NCBI GenBank assembly: GCA_039924865.1
Contig: JBDTAB010000163.1
Coordinates: 1,047-65,046, forward strand
Length of the DNA stretch: 64,000 bases
DNA from: Gemmatimonadaceae bacterium
Lineage (GTDB): Bacteria > Gemmatimonadota > Gemmatimonadetes > Gemmatimonadales > Gemmatimonadaceae
Direction of reading: 5' to 3'
How positions within the stretch are numbered: position 1 is the stretch's first letter; every line of letters starts with the position of its first letter. A program made the translations under genes and the position numbers. Below the pieces are notes generated by a model. The model saw only the letters and a list, made by a program, of their open reading frames with translations. It was not told where the DNA came from and ran no database searches. This document shows, piece by piece, positions 35,674 to 46,298 of this stretch.

Positions 35674-35831
35674 CGTGTCCATTTTTATAAACTTCTGACC
35701 GATTTTACAACTTCCAGAGATACGCGTCCCTCGGTCCTATTGCTGCTTCTGTCCAACAATCGTAGAGCGCGTGCGACACATCGCGACCGCCCGTGCCGCT
35801 GTCCGTCGTCAAGAGGTGGCGCGACGGGGGC

Positions 35832-36758
35832 TCAATTCAACGTCTCTCCGATCACGATTCCACGCCCCCTGTGCCATTCGATTGCCTGCATTCGCCGTTT
35901 GCCGAAGGGTTGCACGTCACACACCCGAACGGCTCCCGACCCACACGCGATTACCAGGCCGTCCGAGTCTGCCTCCAGTACCTCTCCGGGCGATCCCTTT
36001 GCCTCGAAGATGTGCCGGGCTCCGAACAGTTTTAAATCGGCGCCGCGGTGAGTCGACCAGCTCCCAGGTTGCGGATCGTATGCGCGGATCGCGTTTGCCA
36101 CCTCTCGCGAGTCCAGCGCCCAGTCGATTCGCGTTGTCTCTCGGTCTACCTTGCCAGCGTATGTCGCGAGCGCGTCTTCCTGGGGGTGCTCGGGTGCGCG
36201 GCCGAGCTCGATCAGCGCCAGCGCTTCGATCAGTGAAAGCGCGCCCATTTCCGAGAGCCGTCCGCGCAGTTCCCCATACGTCTCATCATTGGCGATTGGG
36301 GTATGTGCCTGAACGATGATGGGGCCTGCATCGAGCTGCCGAACCATGCGCATTATGGTCACGCCGGTTTCTGTGAGGCCTTCACGAATGGCGCCCTGAA
36401 TTGGGGCCGCGCCGCGAAGAGCCGGGAGCAGCGAAGCGTGGATGTTCAGAGTGCCAAGTCGCGGGAGGTCAATGATCGACTGCGGCAGAATGTGACCGTA
36501 TGCGACGACGACCGAGATATCAGGGGCGACGGCCTCGAGCAGCTCCTTGAAATCCGGTTCCCGAGGGGAGACCGGCTGGAATAGCGGCAGCGATTCTTCG
36601 GTCGCTATCAGCTTGACAGGCGGAGCGGTCAGCGTGCGATTGCGCCCAACTGGCTTGTCCGGCCGCGTTACAACCGCACATACCGTGAAGCCCTCACCAA
36701 CGAGAGCACGGAGCGCAGGCGCGGCGAATTCAGGGGTTCCCCAAAAAAGGACGCGCAT
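35832..36758 (-). CDS. fmt: Methionyl-tRNA formyltransferase
   Basis: RVLFWGTPEFAAP N-terminus and the HASLLPALRGAAPIQ motif. 308 aa. Confidence 0.93.
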   Translation of the reverse strand: MRVLFWGTPEFAAPALRALVGEGFTVCAVVTRPDKPVGRNRTLTAPPVKLIATEESLPLFQPVSPREPDFKELLEAVAPDISVVVAYGHILPQSIIDLPRLGTLNIHASLLPALRGAAPIQGAIREGLTETGVTIMRMVRQLDAGPIIVQAHTPIANDETYGELRGRLSEMGALSLIEALALIELGRAPEHPQEDALATYAGKVDRETTRIDWALDSREVANAIRAYDPQPGSWSTHRGADLKLFGARHIFEAKGSPGEVLEADSDGLVIACGSGAVRVCDVQPFGKRRMQAIEWHRGRGIVIGETLN

Positions 36759-36764
36759 TGTCTG

Positions 36765-37361
36765 CTAGAGTTCGGGCTCAAACGTGGAAGCCGTCTCGTG
36801 GTCCCCGGTCTTGCGCGATCGTGACCGGCGCGGGCGAGAACCGACCGGCTCCAACTTGCGAATGAACCCCGGATAATTGTGCGCTTCCTTTTCCCATTTT
36901 CGTGCCGTGAACTTGCGCTTGATGAGGCTCATGTAGTCGATGAACAGTTTGCCATCGAGGTGGTCCAGTTCGTGTTGCACGCAGCGCGCCGCCAGCCCCG
37001 TGAACTCCACTTCGAATGGTTCGCCATCGGCATTCAGTGCGCGAGCGACGACGCGGGTGGCTCGATCGACATCTCCAAAAATTTCCGGGATGGACAGGCA
37101 GCCTTCTTCGGCGCGCTCAGTTCCCTCGCGCTCGATGATCTCGGGGTTGACCATCACAAGCGGATTCTCATCAACGTCCATCACGAACACGCGTTCGGTG
37201 CGCCCAACCTGGGGCGCGGCCAGTCCGATGCCTTCTGCGGCGTACATCGTTTCCAACATGTCCGCAACGAGTGCCCGCAGCTCGTCAGTCACATCAGAAA
37301 GTGGCTGCGTTCTCTCCCGTAGTATGGGATCGCCAAGCACGCGCAGGTCGAGCACCGACAC
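36765..37361 (-). CDS. def: Peptide deformylase
   Basis: GIGLAAPQVG, EGCLSIP and QHELDHL motifs. Extended basic C-terminal tail. 198 aa. Confidence 0.93.
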   Translation of the reverse strand: MSVLDLRVLGDPILRERTQPLSDVTDELRALVADMLETMYAAEGIGLAAPQVGRTERVFVMDVDENPLVMVNPEIIEREGTERAEEGCLSIPEIFGDVDRATRVVARALNADGEPFEVEFTGLAARCVQHELDHLDGKLFIDYMSLIKRKFTARKWEKEAHNYPGFIRKLEPVGSRPRRSRSRKTGDHETASTFEPEL

Positions 37362-37367
37362 TTTTCG

Positions 37368-39863
<2,496 letters not shown>

Positions 39864-39913
39864 GTGGGTGTTGTCAGGATAATAATCCTGGCGTAGCCGC
39901 TCTCGGCTGGGCG

Positions 39914-40972
39914 CTAGAGAAGGCTTGTTTGGTGGCTCTGCGGCGCCGGTGGATTGTAGCCGAAATGCCGGTACGCTTGTGGAGTTGCGACGCGACCGCG
40001 CGGTGTCCGTTGCAGAAATCCGTTTTGCACGAGGAAAGGCTCATATACCTCCTCGATCGTTCCGGCGTCCTCACCCACGGCGGCGGCGATTGTCGTGATA
40101 CCTACAGGACCACCATCGAACTTCTCGATGATCGCCCGGAGGATTCGCGAGTCCATGTCGTCCAGGCCGAACTGGTCAACGTCGAGCATACGTAGAGCTT
40201 CGTCCGCGACCGAAAGATTGATCGCGCCCTCAGCCTTGACCTGTGCGTAGTCGCGCACTCTGCGCAACAGCCTGTTGGCGACGCGCGGCGTTCCGCGCGA
40301 GCGTCGCGCAATCTCGTGCGTGCCGCCGTCGTCGATCTCTGTCTTCAGTACTTCGGCGGTGCGACGCACGATCAGCTCGAGGGCATCCACGGGGTAGTAG
40401 TTAAGGCGTTGCTCGATCCCAAAACGCGCGCGCAGCGGAGCGGTGAGCATACCGAGCCTGGTCGTTGCACCGACCAGGGTGAAGCGTTCGATTGGCATCG
40501 TGATCGTCTGCGCCTTTGGGCCTTCGGACAGTCGAATGTCGATCTTGTAATCCTCCATCGCCGGATACAGGAATTCCTCGATCACGGGCCGGAGGCGATG
40601 GATCTCATCGATGAAGAGAATGTCGCCTTCGCGCATGTTGGTGAGCGTGCCGACGAGGTCGCCCGGCTTTTCGAGCGCGGGACCCGAGGTCGCGTGGATG
40701 TTCACACCCAATTCCCGGGCGATGAGTTCTGCCAGCGTCGTCTTCCCCAATCCCGGAGGGCCGAAAAATAGGGTGTGATCCAGCGGTTCTCTCCTCGCCA
40801 GCGCCGCATCGATATAGATGCGAAGCGACTCCTTGACCTTGGGCTGGCCGATGAATTCGGCGAGCTTCTGCGGTCGGAGCGAAAGCTCCACCACCGATTC
40901 GTCGGCGATGACTTCAGGAGTTGTGATCTCGGCGCGGGACATTGTTGGCGTGTCCAAAGCTACTTCCGGCAT
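39914..40972 (-). CDS. ruvB: Holliday junction branch migration helicase RuvB
   Basis: Walker [10 protein letters not shown], Walker [10 protein letters not shown], and the sensor region LVGATTR. 352 aa. Confidence 0.95.
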   Translation of the reverse strand: MPEVALDTPTMSRAEITTPEVIADESVVELSLRPQKLAEFIGQPKVKESLRIYIDAALARREPLDHTLFFGPPGLGKTTLAELIARELGVNIHATSGPALEKPGDLVGTLTNMREGDILFIDEIHRLRPVIEEFLYPAMEDYKIDIRLSEGPKAQTITMPIERFTLVGATTRLGMLTAPLRARFGIEQRLNYYPVDALELIVRRTAEVLKTEIDDGGTHEIARRSRGTPRVANRLLRRVRDYAQVKAEGAINLSVADEALRMLDVDQFGLDDMDSRILRAIIEKFDGGPVGITTIAAAVGEDAGTIEEVYEPFLVQNGFLQRTPRGRVATPQAYRHFGYNPPAPQSHQTSLL

Positions 40973-41052
40973 CCGTCAAAAATATCCCGAAGACATACCG
41001 AAAACAATATTGACTCCATCAAGTGGGTGACCGGCGTCGCCCGGCCGGCGAG

Positions 41053-42210
41053 TCAGCGACTGAGCTTGGCCAGTCGTTCGGCCGCGCGGCCGAGCGTTTC
41101 GAATGTCTTGCAGAAGGCAAAGCGCACGGAAGTTTTACCGCCGTTCGGATTTCCGTAGAAGCTCGAGCCAGGCACGGTCGCTACTCCGATGGTTTCGGCG
41201 AGCCAGAGGGCGAATTTCCGGTCGTCGCGCTTCTTGTCGATGGCGCTGTAATCCGCCAGAACGTAATACGCGCCGTCGGGGGCTGTGCATGAAAAGCCGC
41301 TCTCGACGAGCGCTGTCATGATCACGTCGCGGCGCTGCTTGTATGCGCGCTGCATGTTGTTGTAGTAGTCGGCATCGAATGCCATTCCAACCGCTGCTGC
41401 GGCTTGAAGCGGCGCCGGCGCGCCGACCGTCAGAAAATCGTGGACCTTGCGAATCGGGCCGCTCAGTTCCGGTGCGGCGATCGCGTAGCCAAGACGCCAT
41501 CCGGTACATGAAAACGTTTTTGAAAGTCCCGAGATGGTGACCGTACGGTTTCGCATTCCGGGCCAAACAGCGATTGGGTGATGATGACCCGCGTAGATCA
41601 GATGTTCGTAAATCTCGTCTGTAAAAACCAGGAAATCGTGTCGTTGCGCGAGTTCTGCAATCGCGGCGATTTCCGCGCGGCTGAACACCTTGCCGGTTGG
41701 ATTGTGCGGGGTGTTCAGTACCAGAGCGCGCGTGCGCGACGTGATCGACGACGAAAGTCGTTCCAGGTCTAGATCCCAATCGGGAGCCATCAACGGAACA
41801 AATACCGGCTTGGCGCCCGCGAGCATGGCGTCGGGGCCGTAGTTCTCGTAGAACGGTTCGAGAATGATGACCTCGTCGCCCGGATTGATAAACGCCAGGA
41901 ACGCGGCAGCCATCGCTTCGGTTGCGCCGCACGTCACCGTGATCTCCGTTTCCGGATCGACGTTCATCCGATACCATCGGCGGTACTTCTCTGCGATTGC
42001 AATTCTGAGCGCGGGTGATCCCCATGTGATCGCGTACTGATTGACGTCGCCGAGTATGGCAGCGCAGGCTGCAGCCTTCATGGGAGCAGGCATCGGGAAA
42101 TCGGGGAATCCCTGCGCGAGATTTACCGCCCCAGTCCGATGTGCGACGCGTGTCATCTCGCGAATTACCGATTCGCCGAACGTGCTGGCGCGCTGAGCTG
42201 GCTTGGTCAT
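41053..42210 (-). CDS. Class I/II PLP-dependent aminotransferase (YbdL / kynurenine-aminotransferase-like)
   Basis: NLAQGFPDF, NTPHNPTGKV and the PLP-lysine region SGLSKTFSCTGWRLGY. 385 aa. Confidence 0.85.
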   Translation of the reverse strand: MTKPAQRASTFGESVIREMTRVAHRTGAVNLAQGFPDFPMPAPMKAAACAAILGDVNQYAITWGSPALRIAIAEKYRRWYRMNVDPETEITVTCGATEAMAAAFLAFINPGDEVIILEPFYENYGPDAMLAGAKPVFVPLMAPDWDLDLERLSSSITSRTRALVLNTPHNPTGKVFSRAEIAAIAELAQRHDFLVFTDEIYEHLIYAGHHHPIAVWPGMRNRTVTISGLSKTFSCTGWRLGYAIAAPELSGPIRKVHDFLTVGAPAPLQAAAAVGMAFDADYYNNMQRAYKQRRDVIMTALVESGFSCTAPDGAYYVLADYSAIDKKRDDRKFALWLAETIGVATVPGSSFYGNPNGGKTSVRFAFCKTFETLGRAAERLAKLSR

Positions 42211-42267
42211 TATCGAAGGGGGAGGGAAGGTGATTTCTGGTGGAAGTCGCGGTTTTGACCGCTGGAG

Positions 42268-42879
42268 CTACCGGGCAGCGATGCGGGCAAGCGCGTTGCG
42301 AATAAGTTCTGTTGCGGCGAGCGGGGAGTTGCTTGCGTCGAGTGTTGCGCGCACCGCTCTCTCTGATTCAGCGAGGTTGTATCCGAGCGAAACGAGCGCG
42401 CGGATCGCGTCCTCCGCGGCCGCGCCCGCTGGCGGCGTGCCGGCAGCTTCCATTCCGCCAGCGGCTAGCTCGACTTCGCGCATTTTGGTCGCAAGATCGA
42501 GGATCAGCTGTTCCGCTTTCTTGCGTCCGACGCGTGGAACTGACTGCAGAGTGGTCGCGTCCTTTTCCACGATTGCGCGCACCAGGCGCGCCACAGTGAG
42601 TGACGACAGGAGGCTCAGTGCAAGTGCCGGCCCGACGCCGTTCGCGGTACGGACGAGGTCGAAGACGCGCCGCTCGAGTTGCGACGAAAAACCAAATAGC
42701 TGCCATCCATCCTCCTTCACAACGAGGGATGTGAACAGCGATACTTGTTCTCCCAACGCGGGGAGTGTTTCGTACACCGACAGCGGTATCTGCAGCAGGT
42801 AGCCGACGCCACCCGGTGTCAAAATCTCGACGCGATCGAGATTTTTCTCCTCCAGCTTGCCAGCGATGCGCGAGATCAT
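42268..42879 (-). CDS. ruvA: Holliday junction DNA-binding protein RuvA
   Basis: MISRIAGKL... N-terminus and helix-hairpin-helix region (LVRTANGVGPALALSLL, VPRVGRKKAEQL). 203 aa. Confidence 0.92.
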   Translation of the reverse strand: MISRIAGKLEEKNLDRVEILTPGGVGYLLQIPLSVYETLPALGEQVSLFTSLVVKEDGWQLFGFSSQLERRVFDLVRTANGVGPALALSLLSSLTVARLVRAIVEKDATTLQSVPRVGRKKAEQLILDLATKMREVELAAGGMEAAGTPPAGAAAEDAIRALVSLGYNLAESERAVRATLDASNSPLAATELIRNALARIAAR

Positions 42880-42924
42880 CGAATCGAATGAGTTTCTGGA
42901 GGCACGCCGTGCATTTTATTGGCG

Positions 42925-43440
42925 TTATGCATGTATCGGCCGAGATGTCCGGACGGTGATCACCGAATGAGGGCTCGACATGATGCAGGTGAGCGCGGCA
43001 GCGACGCCGTCGGCGGCGTCAGATGGTGTCGGAACTGATTTTAGCCTCAGCAACCGAGTGAGCATGAACTGGACCTGCAACTTTGTGGCGGCTCCGTTCC
43101 CAACGACTGCCTTCTTGATTTCTGCCGGTGGGTATTCAACGATGTCTATGCCGGCCTGCTGTCCTGCCAGAAGGATGACGCCGCGCGCATGGCCAAGCAC
43201 AATGGTGGTGCGGACGTTATGTGCGTAGAAGACATCTTCGACGGCGAGTGTGTCTGGTTTGTGCGCGTGAATTAGCTCGGTGACGCCGTCGTAGATCTCC
43301 TGCAGACGAACGGGCAGAGGTTCTCTCGCTTTGGTGCGTATTACGCCGCACTCGACCAGCGTCGAGGCTCCGAGCCGTTCGCCGCGCACCACCCCGTAGC
43401 CGGTGACCGCAGTACCGGGGTCGATGCCGAGCACGAGCAC
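42925..43440 (-). CDS. ruvC: Crossover junction endodeoxyribonuclease RuvC
   Basis: VLGIDPGTAVTGYGV N-terminus and catalytic acidic residues in LAVEDVF and PSDAADGVAAAL. 171 aa. Confidence 0.92.
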   Translation of the reverse strand: MLVLGIDPGTAVTGYGVVRGERLGASTLVECGVIRTKAREPLPVRLQEIYDGVTELIHAHKPDTLAVEDVFYAHNVRTTIVLGHARGVILLAGQQAGIDIVEYPPAEIKKAVVGNGAATKLQVQFMLTRLLRLKSVPTPSDAADGVAAALTCIMSSPHSVITVRTSRPIHA

Positions 43441-44183
43441 TACGCCGTGGCCATTTCGTCGGCGTCCATCTCGAAGTTTGCGACCACGCGCTGAACATCA
43501 TCGAGGTCCTCGAGGGCTTCGAGCAGCTTGAGCAGCGATGTCGCCGCATCCCCCGTTACGTGCACCGTAGTCTTGGGAATGTATGACACCTCTGCTTCCG
43601 TAATGACGATACCGCCGGCCTCCAGTGCAGTCTGAACCTCGTGCAGCGCAGTTGGTGCGGTTGTCACGAGGTACTGTTCGTCCTCGAGAACGAAGTCATC
43701 CGCACCCGCTTCAAGCAGCTTCTCCATCAATGCGTCCTCGTCGTACTTGGTCGCGTCGATGTAGATCTGGCCCTGGCGGTCGAACATGAACGAAACCGAA
43801 TTGGCAGCGCCAAGGTTCCCGCCGCCGTGCGAAAGCTTGTAGCGCACGTCAGCAACTGTCCGCGTCGGGTTGTCGGTAACGGTGAAGATCATCATGGCGA
43901 CGCCACCGGGTCCGTAGCCCTCGTATATAACGTCCTGATATTCCACGCCTTCGAGATCACCCGTTCCCTTCAGGACGGCCCGCTCGATGTTCTCCTTTGG
44001 CATCGACGCTGCTTTCGCAATATCGATCGCGGTTCGAAGACGCGGGTTGCCAGCTGGATCACCGCCGCCCAGCTTGGCGGCCATCGTGATCTCACGGATC
44101 AGTTTGGTAAAATGTGCGCCACGCTTTGCGTCAGTCGCGGCTTTGTAGTGCTTGATTTGCTTCCACTTGCTGTGACCGGCCAT
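43440..44183 (-). CDS. yebC: YebC/PmpR-family transcriptional regulator
   Basis: MAGHSKWKQIKH N-terminus, diagnostic of the family. 247 aa. Confidence 0.93.
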   Translation of the reverse strand: MAGHSKWKQIKHYKAATDAKRGAHFTKLIREITMAAKLGGGDPAGNPRLRTAIDIAKAASMPKENIERAVLKGTGDLEGVEYQDVIYEGYGPGGVAMMIFTVTDNPTRTVADVRYKLSHGGGNLGAANSVSFMFDRQGQIYIDATKYDEDALMEKLLEAGADDFVLEDEQYLVTTAPTALHEVQTALEAGGIVITEAEVSYIPKTTVHVTGDAATSLLKLLEALEDLDDVQRVVANFEMDADEMATA

Positions 44184-44198
44184 GGATCCTGCGTCCTT

Positions 44199-44654
44199 CT
44201 AGGGGGTTTGTTCGTAATATAGATGGAGCCGCTCGGCCAGCGCCCCCAATTCGAGCAATGCCGCCGGAGATAGGTGTCCTGTAAGCACTTGCATCAATTC
44301 TCTCACGCATGCAGCTGCTTCCAATGAGCCGCCGACACTCGCGTCCACCGTGCGTAGCAACGCCATTCTTGCGGGTTGAGGCATGGTGAGCGCGGATAAC
44401 CAGCTTCGGCTCCGCTCTGCGCGACTTGCGCGATCCGTTTCGGGCAGGTTCACTGGCGGCAACGCGGCGACGATGAGCCGCGCGATCATGAGCGTGGCTA
44501 GAGCCATCTCTCGATCTCCACCCAGCGGGGCCGCCTGAGCGCACTCCGCCATGGCTGGCAGGGCGACGATCACCGGCTCGAGTGCGTAGGGAGGAGCGGG
44601 CGGGAGCGGCGCGCGCGTTGCGATTGGAGTGGCGGCTGCTGGAAAGGCGGTCAC
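44199..44654 (-). CDS. Hypothetical Ala/Leu-rich protein (151 aa)
   Basis: ORF heading the long minus-strand array, 15 nt upstream of yebC. Helical-looking sequence with no recognisable motif. The competing 206-aa ORF in another frame is Arg-rich and overlaps two real genes. Confidence 0.45.
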   Translation of the reverse strand: MTAFPAAATPIATRAPLPPAPPYALEPVIVALPAMAECAQAAPLGGDREMALATLMIARLIVAALPPVNLPETDRASRAERSRSWLSALTMPQPARMALLRTVDASVGGSLEAAACVRELMQVLTGHLSPAALLELGALAERLHLYYEQTP

Positions 44655-44735
44655 GCGCGGAATCTAGGCACTCGGTGGGGGAGGGGCTACATTGAACAGT
44701 TGTCCGAGTCGCCGGATGGATACCTTTAGGGTGCC

Positions 44736-46298
44736 ATGGCCTTAAGAGCAAAATCTATCCTCTGGGTAGACGATGAAAGCGACCTATTGGAGTCGCACCG
44801 CATTTTTCTGCGTTCGAAGGGATACGACGTGGAGTGCGCGACGAATGCGGATGACGCGGTGGAACTCCTCCGGCGCCAGACGTTCGACCTGCTGCTGCTC
44901 GACGAACAGATGCCCGGGACGCGCGGTCTGGAGGCGTATCGCGAGGTTCGGGAGATCGCGCCCAATCTGCCCGTGGTCATGGTGACCAAGAGCGAGGAAG
45001 ATTCCACACTGCGCGAGGCGATCGGCGCAAACATCCGCGACTATCTGGTAAAGCCAGTCAATCCACGACAGGTGTTATCCGTGATCACGCGCATTCTGGA
45101 CGGGCCCCGGATTCGCTCCCAGGCTATCGCGAGGGCGTTCGTGGAGCGGTTCCGCGCGCTGGAACTGGAACGCGCCCGCGATCTGAACTGGCGCGGCTGG
45201 ATTGAGCGGTACGATGAGTTGATGCGTTGGGACGTGGATCTCGCCGAGGCTGATGAGCGGGGGCTGTACGATTCGTTGCAGGGCTTGTATGGCGACATGC
45301 ATCGAGAATTCGCGGATTACATGCAGACGGCCTATCCCGCGTGGCTCGCCAATTTGAGCGGGGAGCGGCCACCGCTGTCAATCGACATCGTGGCCGAATT
45401 TCTCAATCCGATTCTGGAACGGGAGCGTGCGGCGGTTTTCATCGTCGTCGATTGTCTGCGGCTGGATCAGTGGCGCATTCTGGAGCCGCTACTGGCACCG
45501 TACTTTGAAGTTGAGACGACGCATTATTATGCGGTGCTCCCGACGGCGACTCCCTATTCGCGCAACTCGCTTTTCAGCGGCCTGTTTCCGGCCGAAATTG
45601 CGACGCGTTTTCCGCAGTGGTGGGGCGCACAGGACGACGAATCGCTCAATTCGCACGAACGGGAGCTGTTGGAAGCTCACCTTCGGGAGTTGCGCGGCGA
45701 GACCCATGTGAGATACCAGAAGATTTCGACCGCTGCCGGTTCTGATGATCTGGAGCGTCACATGGGCACTGCGATCGCGCCCGAGGGAGTGAGCGCGTTC
45801 GTCTTCAATTTTGTGGATCTGCTCACGCACGGGCGCAGTGAATCGCAAATCCTCTACGAAGTGGCACGTGACGAGATCGCGCTCCGCAGGCTGACGAGGC
45901 AGTGGTTCGAGCGATCTGCGCTACTCGGTCTGCTTCGAGAGGCGTCCGCTCGAAAGGTGTCAGTGCTGCTGACAACCGACCACGGCTCGATCCACTGCAA
46001 CACTCCGGCGACGGTCTTCGCCAAGCGTGACGCGACGGCAAATCTGAGATACAAGTTCGGAGAAGACCTGCGCGCCGAGTTGCCGGAGCAAGCCATGACG
46101 TTTCCCGATCCGGATGCACTAAAGCTTCCACGGCGCGGGCACAACGTAAACACACTCCTTGCTCGCAGCGATTGCTTCTTTGTCTACCCAACCAAGCTTC
46201 GCGAATATCAGAGCCGGTACCGCGGCTCGTTTCTGCACGGGGGTGTCTCTCCCGAAGAAGTGATCCTTCCGCTGGCCCTCCTCACTCCGAAACGTTAG
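44736..46298 (+). CDS. PorX-like response regulator (CheY receiver plus PglZ/alkaline-phosphatase-superfamily domain)
   Basis: Receiver domain: ILWVDDESDLL, DLLLLDEQMPG, VVMVTKSEE, DYLVKPVNP. PglZ-like domain: FIVVDCLRLDQW, TATPYSRNSLFSG, LLTTDHGS. 520 aa. Confidence 0.85.
   Translation: MALRAKSILWVDDESDLLESHRIFLRSKGYDVECATNADDAVELLRRQTFDLLLLDEQMPGTRGLEAYREVREIAPNLPVVMVTKSEEDSTLREAIGANIRDYLVKPVNPRQVLSVITRILDGPRIRSQAIARAFVERFRALELERARDLNWRGWIERYDELMRWDVDLAEADERGLYDSLQGLYGDMHREFADYMQTAYPAWLANLSGERPPLSIDIVAEFLNPILERERAAVFIVVDCLRLDQWRILEPLLAPYFEVETTHYYAVLPTATPYSRNSLFSGLFPAEIATRFPQWWGAQDDESLNSHERELLEAHLRELRGETHVRYQKISTAAGSDDLERHMGTAIAPEGVSAFVFNFVDLLTHGRSESQILYEVARDEIALRRLTRQWFERSALLGLLREASARKVSVLLTTDHGSIHCNTPATVFAKRDATANLRYKFGEDLRAELPEQAMTFPDPDALKLPRRGHNVNTLLARSDCFFVYPTKLREYQSRYRGSFLHGGVSPEEVILPLALLTPKR

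Noticed and set aside
35526-35690. 54-codon plus-strand ORF (MSTSVRLRLAAGKIPQIERSARAL...) in the fmt-rsmB gap.
   Set aside because: It is highly basic, has no Shine-Dalgarno sequence, and reads straight through the terminator hairpin and T-tract. More likely non-coding RNA or non-functional sequence.
35140-35831. Tested the gap by eye for tmRNA, RNase P RNA, SRP RNA and tRNA on both strands.
   Set aside because: - No GGAAAGUCCGGGC-type P4 strand.
- No GGUCCGGAAGGAAGCAGCC SRP motif.
- The T-arm-like GUGGGAUCGAUGUCCCGC has the wrong loop length and no ...CCACCA acceptor end.
- No ANDxxALAA-type tag ORF.

Identity is left open as a finding.
44131-44751. 206-aa minus-strand ORF competing with the 151-aa hypothetical protein.
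   Set aside because: It is extremely Arg/Ser-rich, and it overlaps both the yebC start and the PorX-like gene start.
45493-45509. Sigma-54-promoter-like TGGCAC-N5-TTTGA.
   Set aside because: It lies inside the PorX-like coding sequence, the -12 element is imperfect (TTTGA rather than TTGC), and no downstream gene start follows. Other TGGCAC occurrences (about 2231, 12330, 55720) lack any -12 element.
46172-46297. ORF-track 5' extensions of several genes into upstream genes: msbA 46172, CgeB-like 49890, NlpC/P60 20152, hslR 53900, msrA 54498, aminotransferase 60962, carrier protein 27198, PASTA protein 34025, tlpA 32633, tgt 38914, glcE 2445, ligase 25687, dppB 10047.
   Set aside because: Each extension overlaps the preceding well-supported gene or is Arg-rich and low-complexity. 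In each case an internal ATG/GTG/TTG at or next to the upstream stop codon gives a protein whose N-terminus matches the family.
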